A stretch of DNA of 41,435 bases from a virus: IMG/VR virus record IMGVR_UViG_3300045988_025362, positions 1 through 41,435 of that record; one strand, written 5' to 3'. The position numbers were made by a program, and so were the translations under genes. Below, piece after piece: positions 24,884 to 34,869 of this stretch. Under the pieces are notes generated by a model. The model was given only the letters and a program-made list of their open reading frames with translations. It ran no database searches and was not told the origin of the DNA. Numbering within the stretch: the stretch's first letter is position 1; each line of letters starts with the position of its first letter.

Positions 24884-27853
24884 ATGGCTGGCGGTAGCGA
24901 GCTTGGGTCCGCGCATGTGAGCATTTTCCCGCAGATGAAGGGCTTCCGCCAGAATGTGGCCAAGGAGACCGGTAAGGCCGTCGGCGACATGAAGACGGCC
25001 TTTGGCAAGGGCTTCAATGGAGCGCAGCAGGGCAAGAAGGTCGGCAGCGCTTTCAAGTCCGGTTTCAATAGTGGCGCCGCCGAATTGAATTCCGAAGCTT
25101 TGAAGTCCTTCAAAAAGGACGTGGCTCAAGCCTCGCAGAAGAATACTGACGCTTTGCTGAAATTCAAGGCGGCTGGCGTGCAGGTGCAGGCCGCACAGGA
25201 GAAACTGAACGCCGCCACACAGAAATATGGGGCTGATTCGACTCAGGCTCAGGCTGCGGCCATCAAACTGGAGCAGGCGCAAATCAAGCAAAAAGCGGCC
25301 GCCGACAATCTCAAGGCGGCGTCCGACAACCTCAAGACGGCGCAAGGACGGCTCAAGGAGCTTGAGACGCAGTTGGCCGCCGAGGCGGACAAGTCGAAGA
25401 ACGCGTTCAGCCGTATGGCTTCCGGCTTCACGTCAACCGCCCAGCAGATTGTCGGCAAGATTCCGAGCGTGAACGCGGCGGTGCAGAAGATCAGTTCGAC
25501 GGCCGGCGAGGTCACGTCCAACATCAAAAGCAAGTTTTCAGCTGCTTGGAATGCTTTGCCGGAGGGTGCGCGTAATGCGGCCGCGAAGGCCGGTAATGCG
25601 TTGCATTCGGGTTTGAGCAAGGCTTCCGGGTTCGCTTCGAAGGCGGTGTCCGGCATCGGCAAGGCGGCTAAGGGCATGGCCACCGTCGTGTCCGGCGCCG
25701 CTGCCGCCGCTGGCGGATATCTGGTGAATTTCGGCAAGCAGGCCGTGGATGCGGCCCTCAAGGCCGGTGAGGTGACCGCGAAATTCCAGCAGGTCGCCAA
25801 AAACAACAATTGGACGGACGAAGAGCAGAAGTCACTGCTCAGCCTGAACAAGACGCTTGGCCAGACCGGCGTCATATCCGGCGGTACGTTGAAGGCCGCT
25901 CAGGCACAGCTCGGCACTTTCGCGCTGACGGCCGATCAGGTCAAGACGTTGACGCCCGCTTTGGCGGACATGATCGCCAACAACAAGGGTTATAACGCGA
26001 CGGCGCAGGATGGCGTGCAGATAGCGAATCTGCTCGGCAAGGTCATGACCGGCAGCGCCACGGCACTGTCGAAATATGGCGTGACCATGACGGACGCGCA
26101 GAAGAAAGTCCTGCAGGAGGGCAGTGCGTCCGAGAAGGCCGCCATGGCCGCGCAGGTCCTGGAAGCCAACTTCGGTGGTATCAACAAGGCCTTGGCGCAG
26201 ACCCCGCAGGGCAAGATGACCATTCTCCAGCATGAAATCGCTGGATTGAAGACTTCGATCGGCAATGATCTCATCGCTGCTTTCGGTGGTGTCGGTGGCG
26301 CGGTCATCAAGATGGTGCAGGCCGTCGAACCGCTCATCACCGCGCTGTTTGACAAGATTGCCCAGCTGGCGCAGAAGATCGGCCCGCCGCTTGAAAAAGT
26401 GTTCGGCGCTGTCGCTGACAAGATCAGCAAAATCAATTTCAGCGGCTTCACGGGCCAATTGTCTGGATTGTCCGGCCCTATCGCAGCCGTGACTGGTCTG
26501 CTTGGCGCGGCTGGTCTTGGTGGCGCTTTGAGCGGCTTGAGTGGCGTGCCGGTGATTGGCGGATTGCTGTCTAAGTTTGGCGGCGTCCTGTCCGGTCTTG
26601 GCGGTCCTGTCACTTTGGTGATTGGCGCTCTGGCCGGCCTTATCGCCACGAGCCCGCAATTGCGCAGCGAATTCGGCACGATGCTGCAGAACGTTTTCGT
26701 CAGCTTGCAGCAGGCATTCCAAATGCTTCAGCCGTCGATTCAGACGCTCATGACGGCTTTGAGTCAATTGGCGGCAGCTGTCATGCCGGTAATCACCAAT
26801 CTCGTCGGCCAGATAATCCCGCTGCTGACGCCGATAATCTCCACGCTTGTGGGTGCTTTGGTGCCGGCCATTCAAGGCATTCTGACCGTGGTGACCACCG
26901 TCATTCAGGCGATAACTCCGGCCATCCAAGGAGTCCAGCCGGTTGTCACGGCGGTGGTCGCGGCCATCACGGCTGTGATTCAGGCGCTCATGCCGGTCAT
27001 CTCGCAGATCAGCAGTCTCATCACTGACGTGGTGGCTGCCATCACGCCGGTGATTCAGGGCCTTGAGCCTTTGGTTGCGACGGTGGTGCAGGCGATTACC
27101 AGCGTGATTCAGGCTCTGGTGCCGGTGATTCAAGCTCTCGCACCATTGGTGTCCACCATCATTTCCGCGATCGTCGGCTTTATCAGCTCGACATTGCTGC
27201 CGACCGTGCAGGCCATGCTGCCGTTCATCCAGGGCGTCATCAACGGAATCGCTTCGGTTGTCAGTGGCATTGTCAATGTGATCCAGGGCGTCATCAACAT
27301 GGTGACTGGCATTATCAACGGCAATTGGTCGCAGGCGTGGAATGGTTTCAGCCAGATCGTGCATGGTGTCGTGCAGGGTGTGCTTGGCTTCCTTGGTGGC
27401 ATCGGCAGTGCCATCATGGGCGTGTTTGCCGGTGCTGGCGCGTGGCTGTGGAATGCTGGCGCGAGCATTATCAATGGTCTGCTTAATGGTTTGAAGGCGG
27501 CTTTCGGCAGGGTGAAGAGCTTTGTGAGTGGCATCGGCGATTGGATCGTCAGACATAAGGGCCCGCTCAGTTACGACAAGGTGATGCTTAAGCCTGCTGG
27601 CCGTGCCATCATGCAGGGCTTTGACAAGTCATTGCGGCAGGGCTGGAAGGACGTGCAGCGCACCGTGAATGGCATGAACGCGCAGATCAACGGTGGCTTT
27701 GACGTGGATGCGTCGAAGACCGGCAGGGCGAATGTCAGCAATGGCGGTGGCGGTGCCACGTATGTCACGCAGACGTTCAATTATCCGGCGATCGCGCCCA
27801 CGTCGATTTCGACGCAGCAGAAATTGCAGACGGCGGCAATGCCGCAATGGTGA
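24884..27853 (+). CDS. Tape measure protein
   Basis: 989 aa, Ala/Gly-rich and helical, with hydrophobic central repeats. The position is canonical. Confidence 0.9.
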   Translation: MAGGSELGSAHVSIFPQMKGFRQNVAKETGKAVGDMKTAFGKGFNGAQQGKKVGSAFKSGFNSGAAELNSEALKSFKKDVAQASQKNTDALLKFKAAGVQVQAAQEKLNAATQKYGADSTQAQAAAIKLEQAQIKQKAAADNLKAASDNLKTAQGRLKELETQLAAEADKSKNAFSRMASGFTSTAQQIVGKIPSVNAAVQKISSTAGEVTSNIKSKFSAAWNALPEGARNAAAKAGNALHSGLSKASGFASKAVSGIGKAAKGMATVVSGAAAAAGGYLVNFGKQAVDAALKAGEVTAKFQQVAKNNNWTDEEQKSLLSLNKTLGQTGVISGGTLKAAQAQLGTFALTADQVKTLTPALADMIANNKGYNATAQDGVQIANLLGKVMTGSATALSKYGVTMTDAQKKVLQEGSASEKAAMAAQVLEANFGGINKALAQTPQGKMTILQHEIAGLKTSIGNDLIAAFGGVGGAVIKMVQAVEPLITALFDKIAQLAQKIGPPLEKVFGAVADKISKINFSGFTGQLSGLSGPIAAVTGLLGAAGLGGALSGLSGVPVIGGLLSKFGGVLSGLGGPVTLVIGALAGLIATSPQLRSEFGTMLQNVFVSLQQAFQMLQPSIQTLMTALSQLAAAVMPVITNLVGQIIPLLTPIISTLVGALVPAIQGILTVVTTVIQAITPAIQGVQPVVTAVVAAITAVIQALMPVISQISSLITDVVAAITPVIQGLEPLVATVVQAITSVIQALVPVIQALAPLVSTIISAIVGFISSTLLPTVQAMLPFIQGVINGIASVVSGIVNVIQGVINMVTGIINGNWSQAWNGFSQIVHGVVQGVLGFLGGIGSAIMGVFAGAGAWLWNAGASIINGLLNGLKAAFGRVKSFVSGIGDWIVRHKGPLSYDKVMLKPAGRAIMQGFDKSLRQGWKDVQRTVNGMNAQINGGFDVDASKTGRANVSNGGGGATYVTQTFNYPAIAPTSISTQQKLQTAAMPQW

Positions 27854-27875
27854 CAAGTGGAAAGGGTGGTAGTCG

Positions 27876-28781
27876 ATGATTCTCACGGATTATCTCATCG
27901 AAGGTCAGAATCTGACTGGTGAGCATTCGAGTCTGATTGTCGGCACCACCCATTTCACGAGCATCAGCCCGCGCATTAATTCCGTCACGGTGAATGGTCG
28001 GAGTGGTGTGATGCTTCCTGCTGGCCCACTGGCTTTCGGCGCGCCGGAAATCACGCTGAAATTCATCACGAATGGGCCTGATGCGGATGCTCTGATGCAC
28101 CGCTTCTACCGCTTGTGCCGTTTGGCTTCCAAGCTGACGCGCGTGGAGCGTGACACGGTGTCCGGTTGGACTCGGCGCATGACCGCCAGCGCGGTGTGCA
28201 CGTCATGTCAGCCGGACGGTGACGAGATTCCGTGGGATGACCACCGCGCGGCCACCGCCGTCTTCCAATTGCCTGACGTTTATTGGCAGGGGGAGCAGTG
28301 GCAGGAGCGCACCTTGGACGCGACTGGCGGGCGTCTCATGGCCGGTAGTGTCGATAAGCCCAGCAACAAGGGTTATTGGACACGGTGGGCTGGATTGCCG
28401 AACGCTTCCGCCTCGCAGCTTTTCGACACAGTGCCGGAGTGCTGGCTATCCAATGCGCCAATCGGCACGCTGGTATTGCGTTTCGGTGCGGTCACTGGTG
28501 TGACCATTTCAGATCCGGTGAGTGGCACGAATCTCATGTGGGGCGGCAAACGCGACGCCTCACGACCTTACCTTTTCGTCGATGCAGCCAATCGCAAGGC
28601 GTGGACGGCGGCCAATGCCGACGCATGGTCAGGCGGCACGGATGCGACGAATGGCATCGACTGGACCACGGAGCCACTGCAAGTGTGGCCTGACATTTCG
28701 TCCGGCGATTATCGCCTCGCAATCAAACAGACCGGCGGCACCGACAAGGTGACATGCCGGTTTTTGCAATCCTGGGAGTGA
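27876..28781 (+). CDS. Distal tail protein (Dit)
   Basis: 301 aa, directly after the tape measure protein. Confidence 0.75.
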   Translation: MILTDYLIEGQNLTGEHSSLIVGTTHFTSISPRINSVTVNGRSGVMLPAGPLAFGAPEITLKFITNGPDADALMHRFYRLCRLASKLTRVERDTVSGWTRRMTASAVCTSCQPDGDEIPWDDHRAATAVFQLPDVYWQGEQWQERTLDATGGRLMAGSVDKPSNKGYWTRWAGLPNASASQLFDTVPECWLSNAPIGTLVLRFGAVTGVTISDPVSGTNLMWGGKRDASRPYLFVDAANRKAWTAANADAWSGGTDATNGIDWTTEPLQVWPDISSGDYRLAIKQTGGTDKVTCRFLQSWE

Positions 28782-28784
28782 TTA

Positions 28785-31700
28785 ATGAGCAAGTCCCTTC
28801 ATGCGCGACTCGTGGCTTACCGCCCATTCGGTGAGCGCATCGGCGTATTGGCGGAGCCGGTGAGCTTCAGCGCTTCGATGCTCCACGATGATGATGGCGC
28901 CATCAGCATCGAATATTCGATGTTGTCAGGTGACGCGGCGGCGTTCGACCGGCAGTTGACGGACGGACTGGAAGTGGCCGTGGAGGTGTCGGACGGCACC
29001 GGCTATCGTGAGCCGGACAACGCACGTTTCGTCATCACGGGTCGCTCCGGCAAGACCGATGACCGGACTCGCACCGTCACCTACAGTGGCCAGTCGATCA
29101 GCTGGCTGCTGAGCAAGGCCGAGAACAACGATTCCAGCCATCTGCTCGCGGACGGCGATAACAAGGGCAAGAGGCCCTTCTATTCGTCGAATCCGGGCGT
29201 GATCCTCAAGACCCTATTGGACGAAAACAAGGCTCGTGGTGGCGTGGCCACCGGCCTGACGCTTGGCTTCGATACGGCGAAGGACGCGGGCGGCGCGGCA
29301 TGGGCGAAGAAATACACGCTTTACTACAGCCTCGGAACCGACCTGCAGACCATATTGAGCTCGCTGGTCAATGGTGGCGGCTGCGACTGGCGCACGGGCG
29401 GCCGTACGCTCAAGATGTGGAATGCGGATAGCGCCGCCTTGAGCCGTGACCTGAGCAAGCAGGTCATGCTCCAGCTTGCCCGCGACATCAGCGAGGCACC
29501 CTACGAGGAAAGCATCGCCGATCTCGCGTCCACCATCCTTGTCGAGGGTGACAATAATCTGCTCTTCCGCATGGATAATCCGGCCGCCCCCACGCCTTGG
29601 GGCAAGTGGGAGTCCTACAGTTCGCAGGGTGGCGTGTCCGACAAGGACACGGCTCAAGCCTTTATGCAGAGCACTTTGGATGATGCTGCGAGAGTGCGTG
29701 GCCAGTACACGCGCGATCTGGTCATCAGCGATGTGGCCAGTCTGCCGCTCATCGACTATCACGCCGGCGACTGGATCACCGCACCCACCGTCAGCCACGG
29801 CGAGAAGGTGCGCGTGCAGGAAATCGACCTGAGCATGCGCCAGGGCGAGGGACTATCCGCCAGCATCGCATTGAACGACATCAAATACGATGCATCCGTC
29901 AGACAGGCGAAGAAAATCAAGGGCATCACCGGCGGCGCCGCGTTGGCCGGTAGCGAGGGCGGCACGACCGCCTCGTCCGACCGTGACCATCGCGTGCCGA
30001 AGGCACCACTCGGCCTTGTGGTGCAGACTGATGCCTATATCGGCAGCGACGGTTTCGCGCATGGTCTGGCCACGGCTTCGTGGTCTGCAGTGACCGAAGC
30101 GACGAATAACACCGCCATCGAAATCAGCAATTACGCCGTCGAGTGGCGCAAGCACGTGGATGGCGCGCCCTGGCATTCCGCCGGCACCACCGATAAGACT
30201 CAGCTTGGCTTCGGAGGCTTGGATTGTGGCACGCAAATCGAGGTCAGGGTCAGGGCTGTGCCGACGTATTCTGACAAGCTCGGCGAATGGTCGTCCATTG
30301 TGGTGGCAACTGTGGAGTCGGATACGACGCCATGCTCCGTCCCGTCCAAGCCGGTATTGTCCTCTGATCTGGGCGTGGTGACTATCCACTGGGATGGCAA
30401 GACCTCCACTGGCGCTCAGATGGAGCCTGACTTCGACCATATCGAGGTGGGCGAGGGCGTCAATGCGGCCGGCATGACAGTCATCAGCGCTACCCAGTCG
30501 GGTCAGGGCGATTACGTCATCACCGGCCTGACGGCTAGCTCACAGCACTCCTATGCCCTCCGTTCGGTCGATCATGCGGGCAATCGCTCCGACTGGTCGG
30601 CAGTCGCCTCGGTGACGGTCGCTTCGGCTGTCTCGCCGGAAGAGGTCAAGCAAATTCGGAAGGATTTGGCTGACAACAAGACGGCTTTGAAGGATAATAC
30701 TGCCAAGCTCGATCAGGCGCGGAAGGATATCCAAGCCAACAAGACCGGCCTTGACACGGCGTCAAAGTCGCTCACGCAGGCCAAGGCCGATCTGTCGCAG
30801 GCCCGGAAGGACATCGCGCAGACCAAAAGCGATCTGACCACGGCGAACGGCGAGATTGCGAAGGCGAAGGAGTCGGCGGCGCAGGCGTATGCCGAAGCCC
30901 ATAGCAAGAACCACACGTTCCGTGGGCCTGACATGCCGGACGCCTCCAAAGGGCTGGTCGTCGGCGACCTGTGGCTCAAGACGCAGAAGTATTGGACGCG
31001 CTGGAAGGGCGAGAAGAATAATTCGCCGTCCATGCTCGCGGACTTTTACACGTACTGGCAGGGCGCGCCAAACGCTTCTCCAAGCGTCTTGGTGCCGCTC
31101 ACAGACCGCGTTATCGACACCTTGGTGTGGGATGGCTCCGCGTGGAACCACATGGGCTATGCCGACGTGGAGAACAATGCGAAGCAGATCGAGCAGGCGA
31201 AGTCGGATATCGCGGACAATGCCGCGAAGACCACCGACGCCAAGAAGACTGCTGAGAATGCCGCTGCCGCAGCCAAGAACGCTCAAGGCACAGCTGACAC
31301 GGCCAATGGTGCGGCGAAGACCGCGCAGGACACCGCCAATGCGGCCAACGCTGCCGCGAAAAGTGCGACCGCGACCGCAGGTCAGGCCAAGGATGCCGCC
31401 AATGCCGCCCAGACCGCCGCCGAGAGCGCCAAGAAGACCGCTGGCAATGCTGAGACGCTGGCTAACACCGCCAATGCTTCGGCCAATGCTGCCAAGTCTG
31501 ACGCGGCTTCGGCCAAGGCGGACGCTTCGGATGCGAAGGCCACCGCTTCGAACGCTTCGAGCGTGGCCACGCAGGCGAAGGCCACCGCAGACAGTGCGGC
31601 CCAGTCCGCCACGGACGCGGCCAACGCTGCGCAGAAGGCGAATACGGCGGCTGCGGCGGCGGCTGGCGTGGCTAACGGCAAGGCCGACGTGCTCATCCAG

Positions 31701-33683
31701 AGCACGGCACCGGCCACGTCGATGCGCAAGGCTTCGACCTTGTGGATTGACACGACTGGAGGCGCGAACACGCCGAAGCGTTGGAATGGCAGTGCTTGGG
31801 TGGCTGTGACCGACAAGGCCGCTACTGACGCCGCGAATGCGGCTGTCAAGGCGAATGATGCGGCCAAGACCGCTCAATCCACCGCTGACAAGGCGCAGAC
31901 GGCTGCGGCCAATGCGGCTTCTCAGGCTAATCAGGCTCAGGCGGCGGCGCAGAAGGCACAGACCACTGCGGACGGCAAGAATCTCATCTACCGTGGCCCC
32001 GACGAGCCGTCTCATGACGGTTTGAAGCCGGGTGACATGTGGTGGCGCACGCAGAAATATTGGACGCGCTGGAAGGGTGAGAAGAACAATTCCCCGTCGA
32101 TGCTGGCCGACTTTTATACCTACTGGCAGGGAACGCCGAACAACAGTCCGAGCGTCTTGGTGCCGCTCTCCGACCGCGTAATCGAGGTGCTGACGTGGGA
32201 CGGCACCCGCTTCACGCCATTTGACCTCGTGGCCAACAACATTCTGGCTGCCGGCACGGTGGCTGCGAAGCATCTCGCCGTGAATTCCGTGACCGCCGAG
32301 AAGGTCAAGGCCAATGCCATCACGGTGGACAAGCTCGCCGCAAACAGCGTGACCACTGAGAAGCTGGTTGCTGATGCGGTGACCGCTGGCAAATTGGCGG
32401 CTGATTCGGTACAGGCGCGGAATATCGTCGCATTGGCCATCACCGCCGACAAGCTCGCGGCCAATTCGGTGACCACGAGCAAGCTCAAGGTCACGGAGGA
32501 TATGACCGTGGCTCTGCTCAACGCGCACAAGATTCAGGCGGTTGACATCGTGGCCGGCGCTGTCACGACCGACAAGCTCGCCGCGAACTCGGTGAACGCC
32601 GACAAATTGGCCGCGAATGCGGTCAACGCATCGAAGATAGTGGCTGGCGCGATCACGACCGACAAGCTGGCCGCGAATGCGGTCACGGCCGTCAAGATCG
32701 CGGCGGGCACCATCACGTCCGACAAGGTGGCCGCAGGCCAATTCCGGGGCTATGTGTTCACCGGCGCGATATTCCAGAGCTCCGATGCGGCGAACACCGG
32801 CATGAAGCTCAATTCGACCGCATTGCGGATGTGGGATTCGGCTCATAACCAGACCGTGTATCTTGACGGCGAGGGCAGGAGCAACCTGCTGACCGGCACG
32901 TTCCAGACCCGCACGAGCGGGCATAGGGTGCGCATTTCCCCGGATTACAAGTCCACTACCATCGGAGGGACGGAAACGTTCGTCGGTGACGGATTGGAAT
33001 TCCCCGCCTATGACTCGTCTAACAGCGCATACCACAGTTTTCCGGCCGTCGCTTCGGTCGTCCAGTCGGACGAGGTCGGCACGATGAGCGCCATGAATCT
33101 TTGGAGCGGACACGTCGAAAAGCACGATCCGGCGGCTTTCATGCGTCTGAACTCCAAGCCACGCGAGCGTGGCGGCACCGGCAGCGGCGGTGTCACATCC
33201 GAAGTGTTCGCCGTGGCGAACACTGATTACGACGAGCCTGACGCGAGCAAAAAAACCAGCGCATCGCTCGTCTTGGCCGGAGATAACGCGAACGGTTCGA
33301 ATGCCTGGCTCCGGGCGCAAGACGCTAACGGCACTGTCGGAGTCGGAGCGAACATCGCGACCGGATACTTGTATCTTGGCGGCTTTCTTGGCGGTGTCAC
33401 GAACCGTTTCACGTTCCGAGGCGCGGTCGCCTGGAAGGCGTGGTGGCCGAATCCCGGCCAGAGCATATCGACCGGCGCTAGCACGCAGGTCAATTGCACG
33501 TTCAGTCCGACGAAATACGGACGCTATTACGTGGTCGCGAACGCGGATTCCGAATGGGCCGGAATCATCGCGCACCCGTGCAACACGGGCGGCCAGAGCG
33601 GCTTCACCCTGAAGCTTTACAACGCCGACCAGCCTTGCCCGGTCGACGTGTACGCCGAATACCTCGCCTATCTGGTCAAATGA
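28785..33683 (+). CDS. Tail-associated protein (Tal) fused to a long fibre (FN3-like, coiled-coil and repeat regions)
   Basis: 1632 aa. The N-terminal roughly 380 aa are tail-tip (prophage endopeptidase tail-like). An Ala-rich coiled coil follows. A roughly 80-aa module is duplicated. An (A)NSVTxxKLAA repeat run is also present. Confidence 0.85.
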   Translation: MSKSLHARLVAYRPFGERIGVLAEPVSFSASMLHDDDGAISIEYSMLSGDAAAFDRQLTDGLEVAVEVSDGTGYREPDNARFVITGRSGKTDDRTRTVTYSGQSISWLLSKAENNDSSHLLADGDNKGKRPFYSSNPGVILKTLLDENKARGGVATGLTLGFDTAKDAGGAAWAKKYTLYYSLGTDLQTILSSLVNGGGCDWRTGGRTLKMWNADSAALSRDLSKQVMLQLARDISEAPYEESIADLASTILVEGDNNLLFRMDNPAAPTPWGKWESYSSQGGVSDKDTAQAFMQSTLDDAARVRGQYTRDLVISDVASLPLIDYHAGDWITAPTVSHGEKVRVQEIDLSMRQGEGLSASIALNDIKYDASVRQAKKIKGITGGAALAGSEGGTTASSDRDHRVPKAPLGLVVQTDAYIGSDGFAHGLATASWSAVTEATNNTAIEISNYAVEWRKHVDGAPWHSAGTTDKTQLGFGGLDCGTQIEVRVRAVPTYSDKLGEWSSIVVATVESDTTPCSVPSKPVLSSDLGVVTIHWDGKTSTGAQMEPDFDHIEVGEGVNAAGMTVISATQSGQGDYVITGLTASSQHSYALRSVDHAGNRSDWSAVASVTVASAVSPEEVKQIRKDLADNKTALKDNTAKLDQARKDIQANKTGLDTASKSLTQAKADLSQARKDIAQTKSDLTTANGEIAKAKESAAQAYAEAHSKNHTFRGPDMPDASKGLVVGDLWLKTQKYWTRWKGEKNNSPSMLADFYTYWQGAPNASPSVLVPLTDRVIDTLVWDGSAWNHMGYADVENNAKQIEQAKSDIADNAAKTTDAKKTAENAAAAAKNAQGTADTANGAAKTAQDTANAANAAAKSATATAGQAKDAANAAQTAAESAKKTAGNAETLANTANASANAAKSDAASAKADASDAKATASNASSVATQAKATADSAAQSATDAANAAQKANTAAAAAAGVANGKADVLIQSTAPATSMRKASTLWIDTTGGANTPKRWNGSAWVAVTDKAATDAANAAVKANDAAKTAQSTADKAQTAAANAASQANQAQAAAQKAQTTADGKNLIYRGPDEPSHDGLKPGDMWWRTQKYWTRWKGEKNNSPSMLADFYTYWQGTPNNSPSVLVPLSDRVIEVLTWDGTRFTPFDLVANNILAAGTVAAKHLAVNSVTAEKVKANAITVDKLAANSVTTEKLVADAVTAGKLAADSVQARNIVALAITADKLAANSVTTSKLKVTEDMTVALLNAHKIQAVDIVAGAVTTDKLAANSVNADKLAANAVNASKIVAGAITTDKLAANAVTAVKIAAGTITSDKVAAGQFRGYVFTGAIFQSSDAANTGMKLNSTALRMWDSAHNQTVYLDGEGRSNLLTGTFQTRTSGHRVRISPDYKSTTIGGTETFVGDGLEFPAYDSSNSAYHSFPAVASVVQSDEVGTMSAMNLWSGHVEKHDPAAFMRLNSKPRERGGTGSGGVTSEVFAVANTDYDEPDASKKTSASLVLAGDNANGSNAWLRAQDANGTVGVGANIATGYLYLGGFLGGVTNRFTFRGAVAWKAWWPNPGQSISTGASTQVNCTFSPTKYGRYYVVANADSEWAGIIAHPCNTGGQSGFTLKLYNADQPCPVDVYAEYLAYLVK

Positions 33684-33692
33684 TTGGAGGAA

Positions 33693-34262
33693 ATGTTGTC
33701 AGCGACTTTCGAAATGGATGATAACGGATTGTGCATCATCCGCTGCGATCCGCCGGTGAACGGGTCGGACAGTTTCGTTTTCCAGCCCGATGTGCTCGCA
33801 TCGTGGAAGGCGCTGCTCGGATTGGCTTCGACCCGTGAGGCGGTAGCGGCGATCATGCAGGGCAGGGAGGATACGAGCCGGTATGATCCGAAGACCGGCA
33901 GGGGCGTGTGGACCGGAGCGTTCGAGGCGTTGGAGGCGGCTTTGACGGATTCCGCCACCGGGGTGAGCATGCTCGCCGACGATGGGACAGTGTTTGACGA
34001 TCCGCTGACAGCCGCACGCAACAAGACCCGTGAGGGAATGCGATTGCCGGTCATGTCTAATGAGACTGACGCGCGAATGCGCGCCGCGTTGACTGCTGAC
34101 GGTTCCGATGTGGAAGCGTCGAGCGGCATCGACGTGGCCTGCACACGGGATGTAGACGGATTGGATGCCTTCCTCTCGGACGAATCCAGTCAGGCGATGC
34201 TGGACGAATGCGAGGAGCGATTCTATGAATCCCTCATGCCAAGGCAAAACCAACAGAATTAA
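33693..34262 (+). CDS. Hypothetical tail/fibre-associated protein
   Basis: The RBS ggagga precedes the ATG at 33693. 189 aa. Confidence 0.6.
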   Translation: MLSATFEMDDNGLCIIRCDPPVNGSDSFVFQPDVLASWKALLGLASTREAVAAIMQGREDTSRYDPKTGRGVWTGAFEALEAALTDSATGVSMLADDGTVFDDPLTAARNKTREGMRLPVMSNETDARMRAALTADGSDVEASSGIDVACTRDVDGLDAFLSDESSQAMLDECEERFYESLMPRQNQQN

Positions 34263-34273
34263 GGAGATTGATT

Positions 34274-34621
34274 ATGGCTGATGAAAGCAATGAGAATGCG
34301 ATCACGGGTGACGTGCATGGCATGGCACCGGATACCGGCAAGAAGGATGATGCCGACGTGTCGGCTTCGGGAGTCCTTGACCTTCGCCCGCCGCAGGAGA
34401 GCCTGAAGGCGGAATTGTGCCGCCTCGGACTCGAATATTCCAGCACTGATGCGGCGGGCGTGGAATCGTGGCGTGATTATCAGCGTGGCGTGCTCGCTAC
34501 GTTCGACCAGACCGGCGCGAACGTGACAATCACGGACGTGAAGACGAATCTTAGCCGGACGCTCACTGTTGGCGAATTGAAGACGGTGACTCGCATCGAC
34601 ACGATGACCGCCGCCGACTAA
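34274..34621 (+). CDS. Hypothetical protein
   Basis: The RBS aaggag precedes the ATG at 34274. 115 aa. Confidence 0.55.
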   Translation: MADESNENAITGDVHGMAPDTGKKDDADVSASGVLDLRPPQESLKAELCRLGLEYSSTDAAGVESWRDYQRGVLATFDQTGANVTITDVKTNLSRTLTVGELKTVTRIDTMTAAD

Positions 34622-34644
34622 TCCCGCATTCCACATTTTTCAAC

Positions 34645-34680
34645 CCCTGCAATCCAATCGGATTGTGGGGATTTCGCATT
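34645..34680 (+). terminator. Hairpin with a weak T-tract
   Basis: ccctgcaatcc (34645-34655), loop aatc, ggattgtgggg (34660-34670), with 2 GU, then atttcgcatt. Confidence 0.4.
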
Positions 34681-34695
34681 AAAAGGAGACTTATT

Positions 34696-34869
34696 TTGAC
34701 TCAGATTCCAGCCGACGCGAATCAGGTCATCGACCAGCTCGCACAACAGATCGGCGCACTCAACAAGCAAATCGCAATCCTTAACAGCCAACTCACGGCG
34801 GCCATGAAACTGATCCCGCAGGATGTGCTCGACGCAACCAAGGGGGTGGATGATGACACTGAGGACTAA
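34696..34869 (+). CDS. Small coiled-coil protein (57 aa)
   Basis: TTG start 7 nt after aaggag. The segment VIDQLAQQIGALNKQIAILNSQL is a heptad-like coiled coil. Confidence 0.45.
   Translation: MTQIPADANQVIDQLAQQIGALNKQIAILNSQLTAAMKLIPQDVLDATKGVDDDTED

Noticed and set aside
31200-31960. A low-complexity Ala/Asn/Thr-rich stretch (AKTAQDTANAANAAAKSATATAG...) that could suggest a separate gene, a repeat array or a sequencing artefact.
   Set aside because: It is continuous in frame with the fibre ORF and heptad-like, consistent with a coiled-coil shaft. There are no exact DNA tandem repeats.
30762-33575. A very long minus-strand ORF (937 aa). Similar antisense ORFs occur at 25832-27556, 23002-24663, 20103-21209 and 14191-15489.
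   Set aside because: All lie antisense to strongly supported structural genes. They are Arg/Gly/His-rich with no RBS or motifs, which is typical of high-GC shadow ORFs.
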